Assembly: GCA_964561005.1 (NCBI GenBank)
Contig: CAZLNO010000002.1
Coordinates: forward strand, 12,073-76,072
Source of the DNA: an uncultured Rhodovibrionaceae bacterium
GTDB lineage: Bacteria > Pseudomonadota > Alphaproteobacteria > Kiloniellales > Rhodovibrionaceae
Direction of reading: 5' to 3'
Length of the DNA: 64,000 nt
Each line of letters starts with the position of its first letter. Positions within the stretch are counted from its first letter, which is position 1. The position numbers and the translations under genes were made by a program. Shown here piece by piece: positions 39,473 to 48,734 of the stretch. Below the pieces are notes generated by a model that was not told the origin of the DNA, searched no databases, and was given only the letters and a program-made list of their open reading frames with translations.

Positions 39473-39919
39473 CTAGCCAGCCTTATGCAGCTCGGCTTCC
39501 GGCTCGCTGTCGCCCCCCGCCCGCTGCTTGCTCAGCGCGCGGAGCAGGTCGAACGCGCGGCGGCGGATCTGCTCGTTGTCGATGCTGTAGTACGTGCGGA
39601 CCAGGTCGAGGGTCTCGCGCTCGGCCATGACGTCGTGCCCCAGCACATCGGCGTCGCTGCTGGCCACCGAGGGCGTGCCGACGTCGTTGGCGGTCTGGGC
39701 GTTCAGGTCGTCGAAGAAATAGCTGATGGGCACGTCCAGCACCTGCGCAAGCTGATAGAGGCGACTGGCCACGATGCGGTTGGCGCCGCGCTCGTACTTC
39801 TGCACCTGCTGGAAGGTGATACCCACCATGCGTGCCAGCTTTTCCTGACTGAGCCCCACCAGCACGCGCCGCTGGCGAAGCCGCTGTCCCACGTGCACAT
39901 CCACAGGGTTTGGTTTCAT
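39473..39919 (-). CDS. XRE-family helix-turn-helix transcriptional regulator
   Basis: HVGQRLRQRRVLVGLSQEKLARMVGITFQQVQKYERGANRI is a canonical HTH_3 domain. A C-terminal extension follows. Confidence 0.8.
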   Translation of the reverse strand: MKPNPVDVHVGQRLRQRRVLVGLSQEKLARMVGITFQQVQKYERGANRIVASRLYQLAQVLDVPISYFFDDLNAQTANDVGTPSVASSDADVLGHDVMAERETLDLVRTYYSIDNEQIRRRAFDLLRALSKQRAGGDSEPEAELHKAG

Positions 39920-40183
39920 GTTTTACGCTCTCTCATTTAGCATCGTTTCGCCGGCGGAGACGTTCTTGGCCGGATTCATCAACCACCGGTCTTTGTATTT
40001 TTTAGCGAACTCGTGGACCCTTTGTAAACGCAAAAATGTCGGCGTTTGCCCCAAACTTTTGAAACGGATCGACGATGACAATTTAACGGATGTTTGCGCG
40101 ACACTCTTTCGACCGTCTTGCCCACTCCCATTGATGAACCCACGGAGCTTCGAGTCTTGCGAAACCTTCGAGAGGATCACCAC

Positions 40184-40558
40184 GTGCGGAGCTTTCTGGC
40201 GATCGGGGCGCTGAACGGCGCCCTGTCGGTGGCGCTGGGCGCGTTCGCGGCGCACGCGCTGGACGGCGTTCTGCCCGCGGAGCGACTGGGCTGGATCGAG
40301 ACGGGCGCGCGCTACCAGATGGCGCACGCCCTGGCGCTGCTGGCCGTGGCCTGGATGGTCGAAAGTCGGCCGAGGCCGCTGGTCCTTGTCGCGGGCTGGG
40401 CCTTCGCCGCCGGGACCCTGCTGTTTTGCGGCGGGCTCTATCTGGCGGCGCTGGCGGACTGGCGGTTCGTGATGCCGGTGGTGCCGGTCGGCGGCACGGC
40501 CTTCATCCTCGGCTGGGCGGCGCTGCTGGTCGCCGCGCTGCGCCGCCCGCCGGGATGA
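40184..40558 (+). CDS. DUF423 (YgdD/TMEM256-like) membrane protein
   Basis: Inside ORF 40094..40558. From the GTG at 40184 the product aligns by eye with E. coli YgdD (ALGAFxAH..., GWIETGARYQ, VPVGG). It appears to have four TM helices. Confidence 0.7.
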   Translation: MRSFLAIGALNGALSVALGAFAAHALDGVLPAERLGWIETGARYQMAHALALLAVAWMVESRPRPLVLVAGWAFAAGTLLFCGGLYLAALADWRFVMPVVPVGGTAFILGWAALLVAALRRPPG

Positions 40559-40565
40559 GGTCGGC

Positions 40566-41024
40566 CTACTGCGTGGCCTTGTCGGTGAAGGCGTCGAGCG
40601 CCTTGGCGATCTTGTCGCGGATCGCCTGGCGGTCGGTGATGTCGTGGCGCGCCGCGAGGTGTTCGGGGTCGTTGTAGGCCAGCCAGACCTGGCCCTCCGC
40701 GTCCTCGAAGGCCAGCGCCTTCTGCGGCAGGTCGATGGCGACCGTGCGGTTCGACTGCATCAGCGGCGTGCCCAGCCTGGGATTGCCGAAGATCAGGAGC
40801 TGCGTGGGCGGCAGGTCCAGATCGGCCTTCGCCGCCCCCGCGGCATGGTCGACGCGGGCGAAAATGGTGAGCCCCTTCGCCTTCAGGGCGGTTTCCAGGC
40901 GATCCAGGGTCTCGCCCACGGAATGCTGGCTGCGCTTCATGATGAGCCCGTCGGGGCCGGCCTGGGCCGGCGCCGCGAGAGCCGCGCAGGCAAGGACGAG
41001 AGCAAGCGCAAGCAGTCGAACCAT
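40566..41024 (-). CDS. DUF302 domain protein with signal peptide
   Basis: Signal peptide MVRLLALALVLACAALAAPAQA. The core (TIFARVDHAAGAAKADLDLPPTQLLIFGNPRLGTPLM) is typical of DUF302. Confidence 0.8.
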   Translation of the reverse strand: MVRLLALALVLACAALAAPAQAGPDGLIMKRSQHSVGETLDRLETALKAKGLTIFARVDHAAGAAKADLDLPPTQLLIFGNPRLGTPLMQSNRTVAIDLPQKALAFEDAEGQVWLAYNDPEHLAARHDITDRQAIRDKIAKALDAFTDKATQ

Positions 41025-41084
41025 GAAATCCCTCCTCCGGGTTGGATGGTGAGCCGTGCGGCCATCGCAGCCGCTCCGGCGCGC

Positions 41085-41432
41085 TCAGGCCACTTCATCG
41101 TCGAGGCGGTTCCCGGCGCCCGAAGGCGGCTCGGCGATGTCGCCGCAGAAAAGGTCATGCAGGGTTTCCAGCACGCGGCGCGCGGCCTCCCCCTTGAGGG
41201 CATAATAGATCGTCTGGGCCTCGCGGCGTGTCGTCACCAGGTCGTCGTGGCGCAGCTTCGCCAGGTGCTGGGACAGCGCGGACTGGCTGATGCCGATCAG
41301 ATCGCAGAGCTGGCCGACCGAACGCTCGCCCTCGGCCAGATGGCAGAGGATCAGCAGGCGCCGCTCGTTGCTCATCGCCCTGAGGAGCGCGCCGGCGTCG
41401 CGCGCGGCATCCTCGATACGCGTGTACGTCAT
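41085..41432 (-). CDS. ArsR/SmtB-family regulator, SqrR/BigR-like two-cysteine type
   Basis: ATG at 41432. The wHTH is ERRLLILCHLAEGERSVGQLCDLIGISQSALSQHLAKLR. Cys30 and Cys96 are 66 residues apart, the same spacing as the sensing pair in SqrR (C41/C107) and BigR (C42/C108). Confidence 0.8.
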   Translation of the reverse strand: MTYTRIEDAARDAGALLRAMSNERRLLILCHLAEGERSVGQLCDLIGISQSALSQHLAKLRHDDLVTTRREAQTIYYALKGEAARRVLETLHDLFCGDIAEPPSGAGNRLDDEVA

Positions 41433-41552
41433 GCGGGGAGCAATACCGATAAACACGGTACGGTCAAGCCTATCGCGTTGACCCGCGCCGCTGCCTTGCT
41501 ACAGTCCCGGCGCGACGCACCCCCAACACCGCCACGGGAGTCGAGCCCTTCG

Positions 41553-41783
41553 ATGAGCGCGACACACCGCCTTGACGCCAAGGGCATGAAGTGTCCGCTG
41601 CCGGTGCTGCGGGCGCGCAAGGCGATGAAGCAGGTGCCCGAGGGCGAGGTCCTGGAGATCGAGGCCACGGACCCCGGCGCCGTGCAGGACTTCCAGGCAT
41701 TCTGCGAAACGACCGGGCACGAGCTGCTCGCCAGCGAGGAGCGCGACGGCGTCTTCCACTTCCGCATCCGCAAGAACGCCTGA
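41553..41783 (+). CDS. TusA/SirA-family sulfurtransferase
   Basis: These are the last 76 codons of ORF 40644..41783, with ATG at 41553. The active-site motif is LDAKGMKCPLPVL (CPxP). Confidence 0.85.
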   Translation: MSATHRLDAKGMKCPLPVLRARKAMKQVPEGEVLEIEATDPGAVQDFQAFCETTGHELLASEERDGVFHFRIRKNA

Positions 41784-41804
41784 CCGGCCCCGGCGCGGCG
41801 GCGC

Positions 41805-44800
41805 CTATTCCCCGGGCGCCGGCACGGCCTGGCCCGTCCCCTCGCCGACCTGTTTCGCGCCGGCGGCGCGCTGTTGGGCGCGGCGCTCCATCGGCTCCAG
41901 CAGCAGCGTCATCATCGGCGGCACGATCAGCAGCGTCAGCACGGCCGACAGCGACAGCCCGCCCACCACGACCGAGCCGAGGCCGCGGTACAGCTCCGAG
42001 CCCGCGCCGGGGAACAGCACCAGCGGCAGCATGCCGAACACCGAGGTCAGCGTGGACATGAAGATCGGCCGGATGCGGTTGCGCGTGGCCACCACGATCG
42101 CCGCCGCCGGGTCCTCGCCGAGGTCGCGGATGTGGTGCAGCGTCTGGTGGACCAGCAGGATGGCGTTGTTCACCACGATGCCGATCAGGATGACGAAGCC
42201 CAGCAGCGTCAGCATGTCCAGCGGCTGATAGGTGAAGACGTTGAGCGCCGCCAGCCCGCCGATGCCGCCGGCCGCCGCCACCGGCACCGACAGCATCATG
42301 ATCAGCGGATAGATGAAGCTCTCGAACAGGATCGCCATCACCAGGAAGACGATGACCATGGCCAGCGCCAGATCCCAGACCATGGCCTGCCAGGTCTCGG
42401 TGAGCTTGTCGGCGGTGCCGGAGATTCCCAGGCGCACGCCCTCGGGCACGCCCTCGCGCTTGATGGGCGCGATGACCTCGTTGCGCAGCGTCTCCATCGC
42501 CGCCTCCAGGGGAAGCTGCGGCGCCGGGCGAACCTCCAGGGTGACCGCGCGCTCGCGCTCGCGGTGGCGGATCTCGGTTGGACCGGCGGTGTGCTGCACC
42601 GTCGCCAGGGACTCGACGGGCAGGATCTGGCCACCCGGCGTGAGGACAGGCAGGTTGCCGATCCCCTGGGTCTGCATCACGTTGTCCACCGGCCCGCGCA
42701 GCATGAGGTCCAAGCGCTTGGTGCCGACGGTCACCTCCTCGACAAGGTAGCCGTTGTCGTCGTTGAAGGCCTGCACGCTGGCCGAGAGCTCGCGGGCCGT
42801 CAGGCCGGCGTCGTTCAGCCGCACCCGGTCGGGAATCACCCGCACCTCGGGCGAGCCCAGCTCCAGCCCCGGGTTGGGCCGAAGCTGGTGGCCCTGGTCG
42901 AACGGCAGTACCTGGCCGATGCGCCCGGCCGCGCGCCGCGCCACGGCGAGGTTGTCCGCCAGGCTGGGTCCGGTGATGTCCAGGTCGATCTTGCGCCCGC
43001 CGCCGATGCCGCGGCCGAAGATGGACGGCTGGTTGATGAAGCCGAAGGTACCGGGCTCCTGGAACACCGGCTCGCGCAGGATGGGGATCAGCTCGGCCAC
43101 CCGCTGCTCCTGCACCGCCGCCGCGCCGACGAAGGTCGTGCCCCGCCGCGCCACGAAGAAGAAGCGCTGGATCTTCGGCGGCCCGCCGGGCTCCGCCTCG
43201 GGTCCGGAGACCGAGGCCCAGAGGTGCTTCACGTCCTCCTCGATCTGGCGGGCGATATCGAAGGTGGTCTCCAGGTTGTAGCCGGGCGGCGGCAGGATCA
43301 CCCCCAGCACGAGGTTGCGGTTCCCTTCCGGCAGGTACTCCAGCCTGGGCAACAGGACCCAGGCGGACAGCCCGGCGACCACGGTCACCGCCGCCACCAC
43401 GCCGGCCGACAGCGCCCGGCTGCGCACCAGCATGCGCTGAAAGCCCATGATCGTGCCCACCGCCAGCCTGGCGAAGTGGTCGACGCCGGGAATCCGCGCC
43501 GAGGTCGCCGACTCCTCGAAAGCCGCCTTGCCGCCGAAGCCCAGGAGGTAGCGCGACAGCGCCGGGATCAGCGTCACCGCCACCACCAGCGCCAGCGTCA
43601 CGGCCGTGGAGATCGCCACCGCGATGTCGCGGAAGAGCTGGCCGACCTCCAGTTCCATCGTGAGGATCGGGACGAAGACCATCACCGTGGTCAGGGCGGA
43701 GACCAGCACCGCGCCCCAGACCTGGCGCGCGCCCTCGTAGGCGGCCTCGCGCACCGGCTTGCCCGCCTCGCGCAGGCGGTAGATGTTCTCCAGCACGACA
43801 ATGGCGGAATCGACCACCATGCCGATGGCGAACGCCAGGCCGGCCAGCGAGATCACGTTGATCGACCGGCCCAGCGCCGACATGGCGACGAAGGCCCCGA
43901 TGATGGAGACGGGGATGGCCAGCGACACCACCAGGGTCGCCCGGACGGAACGCAGGAAAAGCAGCAGGATGATCGCCGCGAAGGCGCCGCCGATGTAGAT
44001 GTTCTGGTTCACCAGGTCGATGGCGGAGTTGATGTAGACCGTCTCGTCGTAGACCTGCTGCACCGTCAACCCGACGTCCGGGATGGCCGTACGGTTCAGC
44101 CGCGTCAGCTCTTCCCGCAGGCCGCGCATCGTCTCGATGACGTTGGCCCCGGTCTCGCGCACGGCGTTCATGGCCAGCGCCGGCTCGCCGTTGAAGCGGA
44201 TGCGCGCGGTGGGCTCCTTGTAGCCGAAGCGCACCTCGGCCATGTCGGCGACCGTGAGGCGGCCCATGCCCCCGTCCGCCCCCGACGCGGCGGCGCGCAG
44301 CACCACCTGTTCGACCGCCTGCACGTTGTCCAGCTCGCCTTCGGCGCGGACCACGTAGCGACGCTTGCCCTCGGTCACGTCGCCGGCGGAGACCGAGATG
44401 TTGGCGTCGCGCAGCGTCGCGACGACCTCGCCCACCGTCAGGTTGTAGCGGGACAGCTTCTCCGGCGCGATGATCACCTCGAGCTGGCGCTCGCTGCCGC
44501 CGAAGACGTTGATGCGGCCGACCCCCGGCACGCGTTCCAGGCGCTCCTTGACAACGTCCTCGACGAAGTCGCCGTACTCGTGCAGCGGCCGCTCGTTGCC
44601 CTCCAGGCGCGTGTAGACGAACCAGGCGATCGGGCTGTCGTCGGCGCCGGAGGTGTCGAGCGTGGGCTCGTCCACCCCGTCGGGATAGTCGCTCACCCGG
44701 TCCAGCCGGTTGGCGACCATGAGCAGGGCCCGGTCCATGCCGGTATCGATGCTGAACTCCAGCTCGAGCTGCGAGCGCCCCGTCTCCGCCGTGCCGGTCA

Positions 44801-45038
44801 GCTTCTCCAGCCCCTGGATGCCCTTGATGACATCCTCCTGCCGGGTCAGGATCTCGCGCTCCACCTCCGCCGGGGCGGCGCCCGGCCAGATCGTCGTCAC
44901 CGTGATCACCGGCTGGCGCACGTCCGGCGCGAGCTGAATGGGGATGCGCTGCAGCGCCACGTAGCCGAACAGCACCACCATCAGCACGACGGCGAGAACG
45001 GCGACCGGCCGTTCGATGGAGAGACGGATCAGGTTCAT
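41805..45038 (-). CDS. RND efflux transporter permease (AcrB/HAE1-type)
   Basis: 1077 aa with a 12-TM topology pattern and two large periplasmic loops. The N-terminus MNLIRLSIERPVAVLAVVLMVVLFG is typical of RND pumps. Confidence 0.95.
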   Translation of the reverse strand: MNLIRLSIERPVAVLAVVLMVVLFGYVALQRIPIQLAPDVRQPVITVTTIWPGAAPAEVEREILTRQEDVIKGIQGLEKLTGTAETGRSQLELEFSIDTGMDRALLMVANRLDRVSDYPDGVDEPTLDTSGADDSPIAWFVYTRLEGNERPLHEYGDFVEDVVKERLERVPGVGRINVFGGSERQLEVIIAPEKLSRYNLTVGEVVATLRDANISVSAGDVTEGKRRYVVRAEGELDNVQAVEQVVLRAAASGADGGMGRLTVADMAEVRFGYKEPTARIRFNGEPALAMNAVRETGANVIETMRGLREELTRLNRTAIPDVGLTVQQVYDETVYINSAIDLVNQNIYIGGAFAAIILLLFLRSVRATLVVSLAIPVSIIGAFVAMSALGRSINVISLAGLAFAIGMVVDSAIVVLENIYRLREAGKPVREAAYEGARQVWGAVLVSALTTVMVFVPILTMELEVGQLFRDIAVAISTAVTLALVVAVTLIPALSRYLLGFGGKAAFEESATSARIPGVDHFARLAVGTIMGFQRMLVRSRALSAGVVAAVTVVAGLSAWVLLPRLEYLPEGNRNLVLGVILPPPGYNLETTFDIARQIEEDVKHLWASVSGPEAEPGGPPKIQRFFFVARRGTTFVGAAAVQEQRVAELIPILREPVFQEPGTFGFINQPSIFGRGIGGGRKIDLDITGPSLADNLAVARRAAGRIGQVLPFDQGHQLRPNPGLELGSPEVRVIPDRVRLNDAGLTARELSASVQAFNDDNGYLVEEVTVGTKRLDLMLRGPVDNVMQTQGIGNLPVLTPGGQILPVESLATVQHTAGPTEIRHRERERAVTLEVRPAPQLPLEAAMETLRNEVIAPIKREGVPEGVRLGISGTADKLTETWQAMVWDLALAMVIVFLVMAILFESFIYPLIMMLSVPVAAAGGIGGLAALNVFTYQPLDMLTLLGFVILIGIVVNNAILLVHQTLHHIRDLGEDPAAAIVVATRNRIRPIFMSTLTSVFGMLPLVLFPGAGSELYRGLGSVVVGGLSLSAVLTLLIVPPMMTLLLEPMERRAQQRAAGAKQVGEGTGQAVPAPGE

Positions 45039-46324
45039 TCGACGACCATCCCCTGCTGCCGCCGGCGGGGCGACCCATCGTCCGCCGCCTCCGCCCGGTC
45101 GCGGCCTTGATCCGCCGCGGTGGCGTCGGGGCCGAGGCGCTTTTCGATGCGCAGGGCGTCCCCCGGCTGCAGCCGCTCGTTGCCGCGCACCACGGCCAGG
45201 TCGCCGGCCTTCAGGCCCTCGACGACCTCGAAGCGGCTGCCGATCTCGCGGCCGAGCTGGACCGGCCGCACCTCCGCCTTGCCGTCCTTGAAGACGAAGA
45301 CGCTGGCGCTGCCGCCCTGGCGCAGCACGGCGTCCTTGTGCACGCTCAGCACCTCCTGGGAATCGCCCAGCGGGATGGCGACGCTGACGCTCTGGCCGCT
45401 GGCCAGCGGCGCGCGGGTCTCGCCGAAGCTGGGCACCAGGCGCACGGTGCGCGTGCGGGTGCGCTCGTCCTCCTGCGGCAGGATGGCGCGGACAAGGGCG
45501 GTGTGGCGCGTGCCGTCCTCCAGCTCGATGTCAACCCGATCTCCGGGAGCGAAGCCGGTCAGCCGGCGGAAAGGCACGTCCACCGCCACCTCCAGTTCCT
45601 TGTCGGCGACCATGCGGACGAGGGCCGTGCCTGGATCGACGTAGGCGCCGGCCTCGACCAGCCGTTCGGTAATCACGCCGGCGTAGGGGGCCGCGACCTC
45701 CGCGCGTTCCAGGTCGATGCGGGCGACGCGCAGATCGGCCTCCGCCGTCGCGACCTCCGCCTGGGCCGAAGCGATTTCCGCGCGGGCGATGGCGACCTCC
45801 TGGCGCTGGTCCTCGAAGTCCGCCTGGCTGAAGGCCGCCGAGGACCGCAGCCGTTCCAGCCGCGACAGCCGCAGCTCGGCCAGCGCAAGCCGTTCCCGGC
45901 GGGTCTGCAGCCGCGCCCGCGCCTCCGCCAGCGCGCCCTGCGCCTGGTCGGCCCGGGCCGCCAGCATCTCGTCGTCCAGCAGCACGATGGGGTCGCCCCG
46001 CGCAACCCGGTCGCCGACATCCACGACGAAGGACTCGACCGGAGCGCCCACCCGCGCGGCCACCTCGCCCCGCCGCATGGCGACCAGGCTGCCCAGCACC
46101 GGCGCCGTCTGCGCCAGCGGCACCTTGCGCACCGGGTCCACGTGGACGCTGGCCGGGCCGCTGGTCTGGGCCTGAACGACAGCCGGGGCCAGGAGAGCCA
46201 CCACGCTCAGCAAGCCCAGCACCAGCCGGAACAAGCGCGGCGATATGCCTCGGGTCAGGGTCAGAAAGGCCTCCTGTTGCTTGTCGGAACTCCGGACGGA
46301 GCGTTGAAATGACCCGCTTTCCAT
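45035..46324 (-). CDS. RND efflux periplasmic adaptor (membrane fusion protein)
   Basis: N-terminal anchor or signal, a coiled-coil hairpin region (ARARLQTRRERLALAELRLSRLERL...) and beta-barrel C-terminal domains. The stop overlaps the RND pump start. The start codon is uncertain. Confidence 0.85.
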   Translation of the reverse strand: MESGSFQRSVRSSDKQQEAFLTLTRGISPRLFRLVLGLLSVVALLAPAVVQAQTSGPASVHVDPVRKVPLAQTAPVLGSLVAMRRGEVAARVGAPVESFVVDVGDRVARGDPIVLLDDEMLAARADQAQGALAEARARLQTRRERLALAELRLSRLERLRSSAAFSQADFEDQRQEVAIARAEIASAQAEVATAEADLRVARIDLERAEVAAPYAGVITERLVEAGAYVDPGTALVRMVADKELEVAVDVPFRRLTGFAPGDRVDIELEDGTRHTALVRAILPQEDERTRTRTVRLVPSFGETRAPLASGQSVSVAIPLGDSQEVLSVHKDAVLRQGGSASVFVFKDGKAEVRPVQLGREIGSRFEVVEGLKAGDLAVVRGNERLQPGDALRIEKRLGPDATAADQGRDRAEAADDGSPRRRQQGMVVE

Positions 46325-46497
46325 GGCACGTCAATATAGGTGCGGGATGGCTCCCGCCAAGAATGTGCAAAACTGATTATAATTCTGCTGGCAGATGGCG
46401 AAACCCCTTTTGGCGTGCGGGAGCTCTACCGCTGCCGCATAGCAGCGCCCGGACGCCGCACAGCCCGCCGACAGCGCCAGCCGGGGGAGGACGTGCG

Positions 46498-47430
46498 ATG
46501 ACGACCCGTCTTTATACCCACATGGACTGCTTCGGGCACGATCCGGGCCGCATGCATCCCGAGCACCCGGCGCGGCTGAAGGCGGTCCTCACGGCGCTGG
46601 AGGCCGGGGAGTTCGCCGCCCTGGACCGCCACGAGGCGCCGCTGGCCGACATCGACCGGATCGAGCTGGCGCATCCCCGCGGCTATATCGACCGGATCTT
46701 CGCCGCGATCCCGCCGGAGGGGATGGCGAGCCTCGATGCCGACACCGCCGTCTCCGCCGGCTCGAAGGAGGCGGCCCTGCGCGCCGCGGGCGCCGTCTGC
46801 GACGCGGTGGACGCCGTGGTGACCGGCGCCTGCGACAACGCCTTCTGCGCCGTGCGCCCGCCGGGCCACCACGCCGAGCGCGCCCGCGCCATGGGCTTCT
46901 GCCTGTTCAACAACGTCGCCATCGGCGCCCTGCACGCCCGCGACAAGCATCGCCTGCACCGCATTGCCGTGGTCGATTTCGACGTCCACCACGGCAACGG
47001 GACGCAGGACATCTTCTGGGACGACCCGGACCTCTGGCTGGCCTCGACCCACCAGATGCCGCTCTATCCGGGCACGGGCCACCCGAACGAGCGCGGTGTG
47101 AATAACAATATCGTGAACGTGCCCCTGGCCCCGATGGCCGGCTCGGTGGAGTTCCGCCGCGCGTTCAGCGACGTCGTGCTGCCGCAGCTTGCGAAGTTCC
47201 AGCCGGATCTCATCCTGATCTCCGCCGGATTCGACGCACACGAGAAAGACCCCCTTGCGTCTCTTCGATTCCACGAGGACGACTACGACTGGGCGACGAC
47301 CGAGATCATCAAGGTCGCGCGCAGCGCCAACGGCGGCAAGGTCGTCTCGGTGCTGGAGGGCGGTTATGAGCTGGAGTCCATGGCGACGAGCGCGGCGGCA
47401 CATGTTCGCGCCCTACTTGCATCGACATAA
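46498..47430 (+). CDS. Histone deacetylase family (acetylpolyamine/acetoin-utilisation type) amidohydrolase
   Basis: Inside ORF 46309..47430, ATG at 46498. Motifs RPPGHHA, DFDVHHGNGTQ and EGGY. Confidence 0.85.
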   Translation: MTTRLYTHMDCFGHDPGRMHPEHPARLKAVLTALEAGEFAALDRHEAPLADIDRIELAHPRGYIDRIFAAIPPEGMASLDADTAVSAGSKEAALRAAGAVCDAVDAVVTGACDNAFCAVRPPGHHAERARAMGFCLFNNVAIGALHARDKHRLHRIAVVDFDVHHGNGTQDIFWDDPDLWLASTHQMPLYPGTGHPNERGVNNNIVNVPLAPMAGSVEFRRAFSDVVLPQLAKFQPDLILISAGFDAHEKDPLASLRFHEDDYDWATTEIIKVARSANGGKVVSVLEGGYELESMATSAAAHVRALLAST

Positions 47431-47500
47431 ACGCGGGACGCTTGCCGCACGCCGCCGACGCGCCTAGAGTGGCGCGCGCCGGGGCAAGGGAGAGAATGCC

Positions 47501-47761
47501 ATGTCCGAGCAAGAGGCGGCCGATGCGCCGTCCGATGTCGAGAAGATGACCTTCGAGGAGGCGCTGGCCGAGCTGCGGCAGATCGTCGAGCGCCTGGAGA
47601 AGGGCGAGGGGCAGCTCGACGAGGCGATCAAGGCCTACGAGCGCGGCGCCCGGCTGAAAACGCACTGCGAGCGCAAGCTGCGCGAAGCCGAGGCCAAGAT
47701 CGAGAAGATCCGCGTCGACCAGAACGGTCAGGCGACCACGGAACCCCTTGACGTCGAATAG
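47501..47761 (+). CDS. xseB: Exodeoxyribonuclease VII small subunit
   Basis: 86 aa. FEEALAELRQIVERLEKGEGQLDEAIKAYERG is the canonical XseB core, and the gene lies upstream of ispA as in E. coli. Confidence 0.9.
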   Translation: MSEQEAADAPSDVEKMTFEEALAELRQIVERLEKGEGQLDEAIKAYERGARLKTHCERKLREAEAKIEKIRVDQNGQATTEPLDVE

Positions 47762-47770
47762 GCGATCCCC

Positions 47771-48658
47771 GTGACCGAATTGCAGGAAGCGATGAAGAAC
47801 ACGGCGGCGGCCGTCAGCCGGCAGCTCGACGAGCTGCTGCCCGCGACGGCCGGACCGCGGGGGCGCGTCATCGAGGCGATGCGCTATGCCTGTCTGGCCG
47901 GCGGCAAGCGCCTGCGCCCCTTCCTCGTCGTGGCCAGCGCGCGGCTGTTCGACGTGCGCGACCCGCGCGCGCTGCGCGTCGCCGCGGCGCTGGAGTTGGT
48001 GCACTGCTATTCCCTGGTGCACGATGACCTGCCGGCGATGGACGACAGCGACCTGCGCCGCGGCCAGCCCACGGTTCACAAGAAGTTCGACGAGGCCACG
48101 GCCATCCTGGCCGGCGACGGGCTGCTGACCGAGGCCTTCGCGGTGCTGGCGCACCCGGACACGCACAAGGACGCCGAGGTGCGCGCGGAACTCGTCCAGG
48201 GCCTGGCGGCGGCGGCCGGCGCCAACGGCATGGTCGGCGGCCAGATGATCGACATCTCCGAGGAGCGCAACGACCTGGACTTCGATGGCATCAGCGACCT
48301 GCAGCGCCTGAAGACCGGCGCGCTGATCGACTTCGGCTGCCAGGCGGGCGCCATCCTCGGCAAGGCGGAGGCCGGCGCGCGCCTGGCGCTCAAAGGCTAT
48401 GCCGGCGACCTCGGCCTGGCGTTCCAGGTGGCCGACGATCTGCTGGACGCCGAGGGCGACGCCGCCGAGCTGGGCAAGCCGACCGGCCAGGACGCCGAGG
48501 CGGCAAAGGCGACCTTCGTCAGCCTGCTCGGCAAGAACAAGGCCCGCGCCCTGGCCGAGGAGCTGGTGCAGTCCGCCGTCCGCCACCTGGACGGCTTCGA
48601 CGACCGCGCCGACCTCCTGCGCAAGACCGCCCGCTTCGTCATCGAGCGGCGGTCGTGA
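47771..48658 (+). CDS. ispA: Farnesyl diphosphate synthase / polyprenyl synthetase
   Basis: First Asp-rich motif LVHDDLPAMDDSDLRRG and second motif FQVADDLLD. GTG start at 47771; a start at M8 is also possible. Confidence 0.9.
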   Translation: MTELQEAMKNTAAAVSRQLDELLPATAGPRGRVIEAMRYACLAGGKRLRPFLVVASARLFDVRDPRALRVAAALELVHCYSLVHDDLPAMDDSDLRRGQPTVHKKFDEATAILAGDGLLTEAFAVLAHPDTHKDAEVRAELVQGLAAAAGANGMVGGQMIDISEERNDLDFDGISDLQRLKTGALIDFGCQAGAILGKAEAGARLALKGYAGDLGLAFQVADDLLDAEGDAAELGKPTGQDAEAAKATFVSLLGKNKARALAEELVQSAVRHLDGFDDRADLLRKTARFVIERRS

Positions 48659-48734
48659 CCAGGCCGGCCCTGGCAGCCTCGTAGACGCACGCTTCAGCGT
48701 GCCATGACGGCGTTCTGGGAGGCTGAAGCCTGCC

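Noticed and set aside
40644-41552. 379-aa ORF 40644..41783(+) read as a single protein
   Set aside because: The first 300 codons or so are antisense to the DUF302 and ArsR genes and are low-complexity. Only the last 76 codons form the TusA domain, which has its own ATG.
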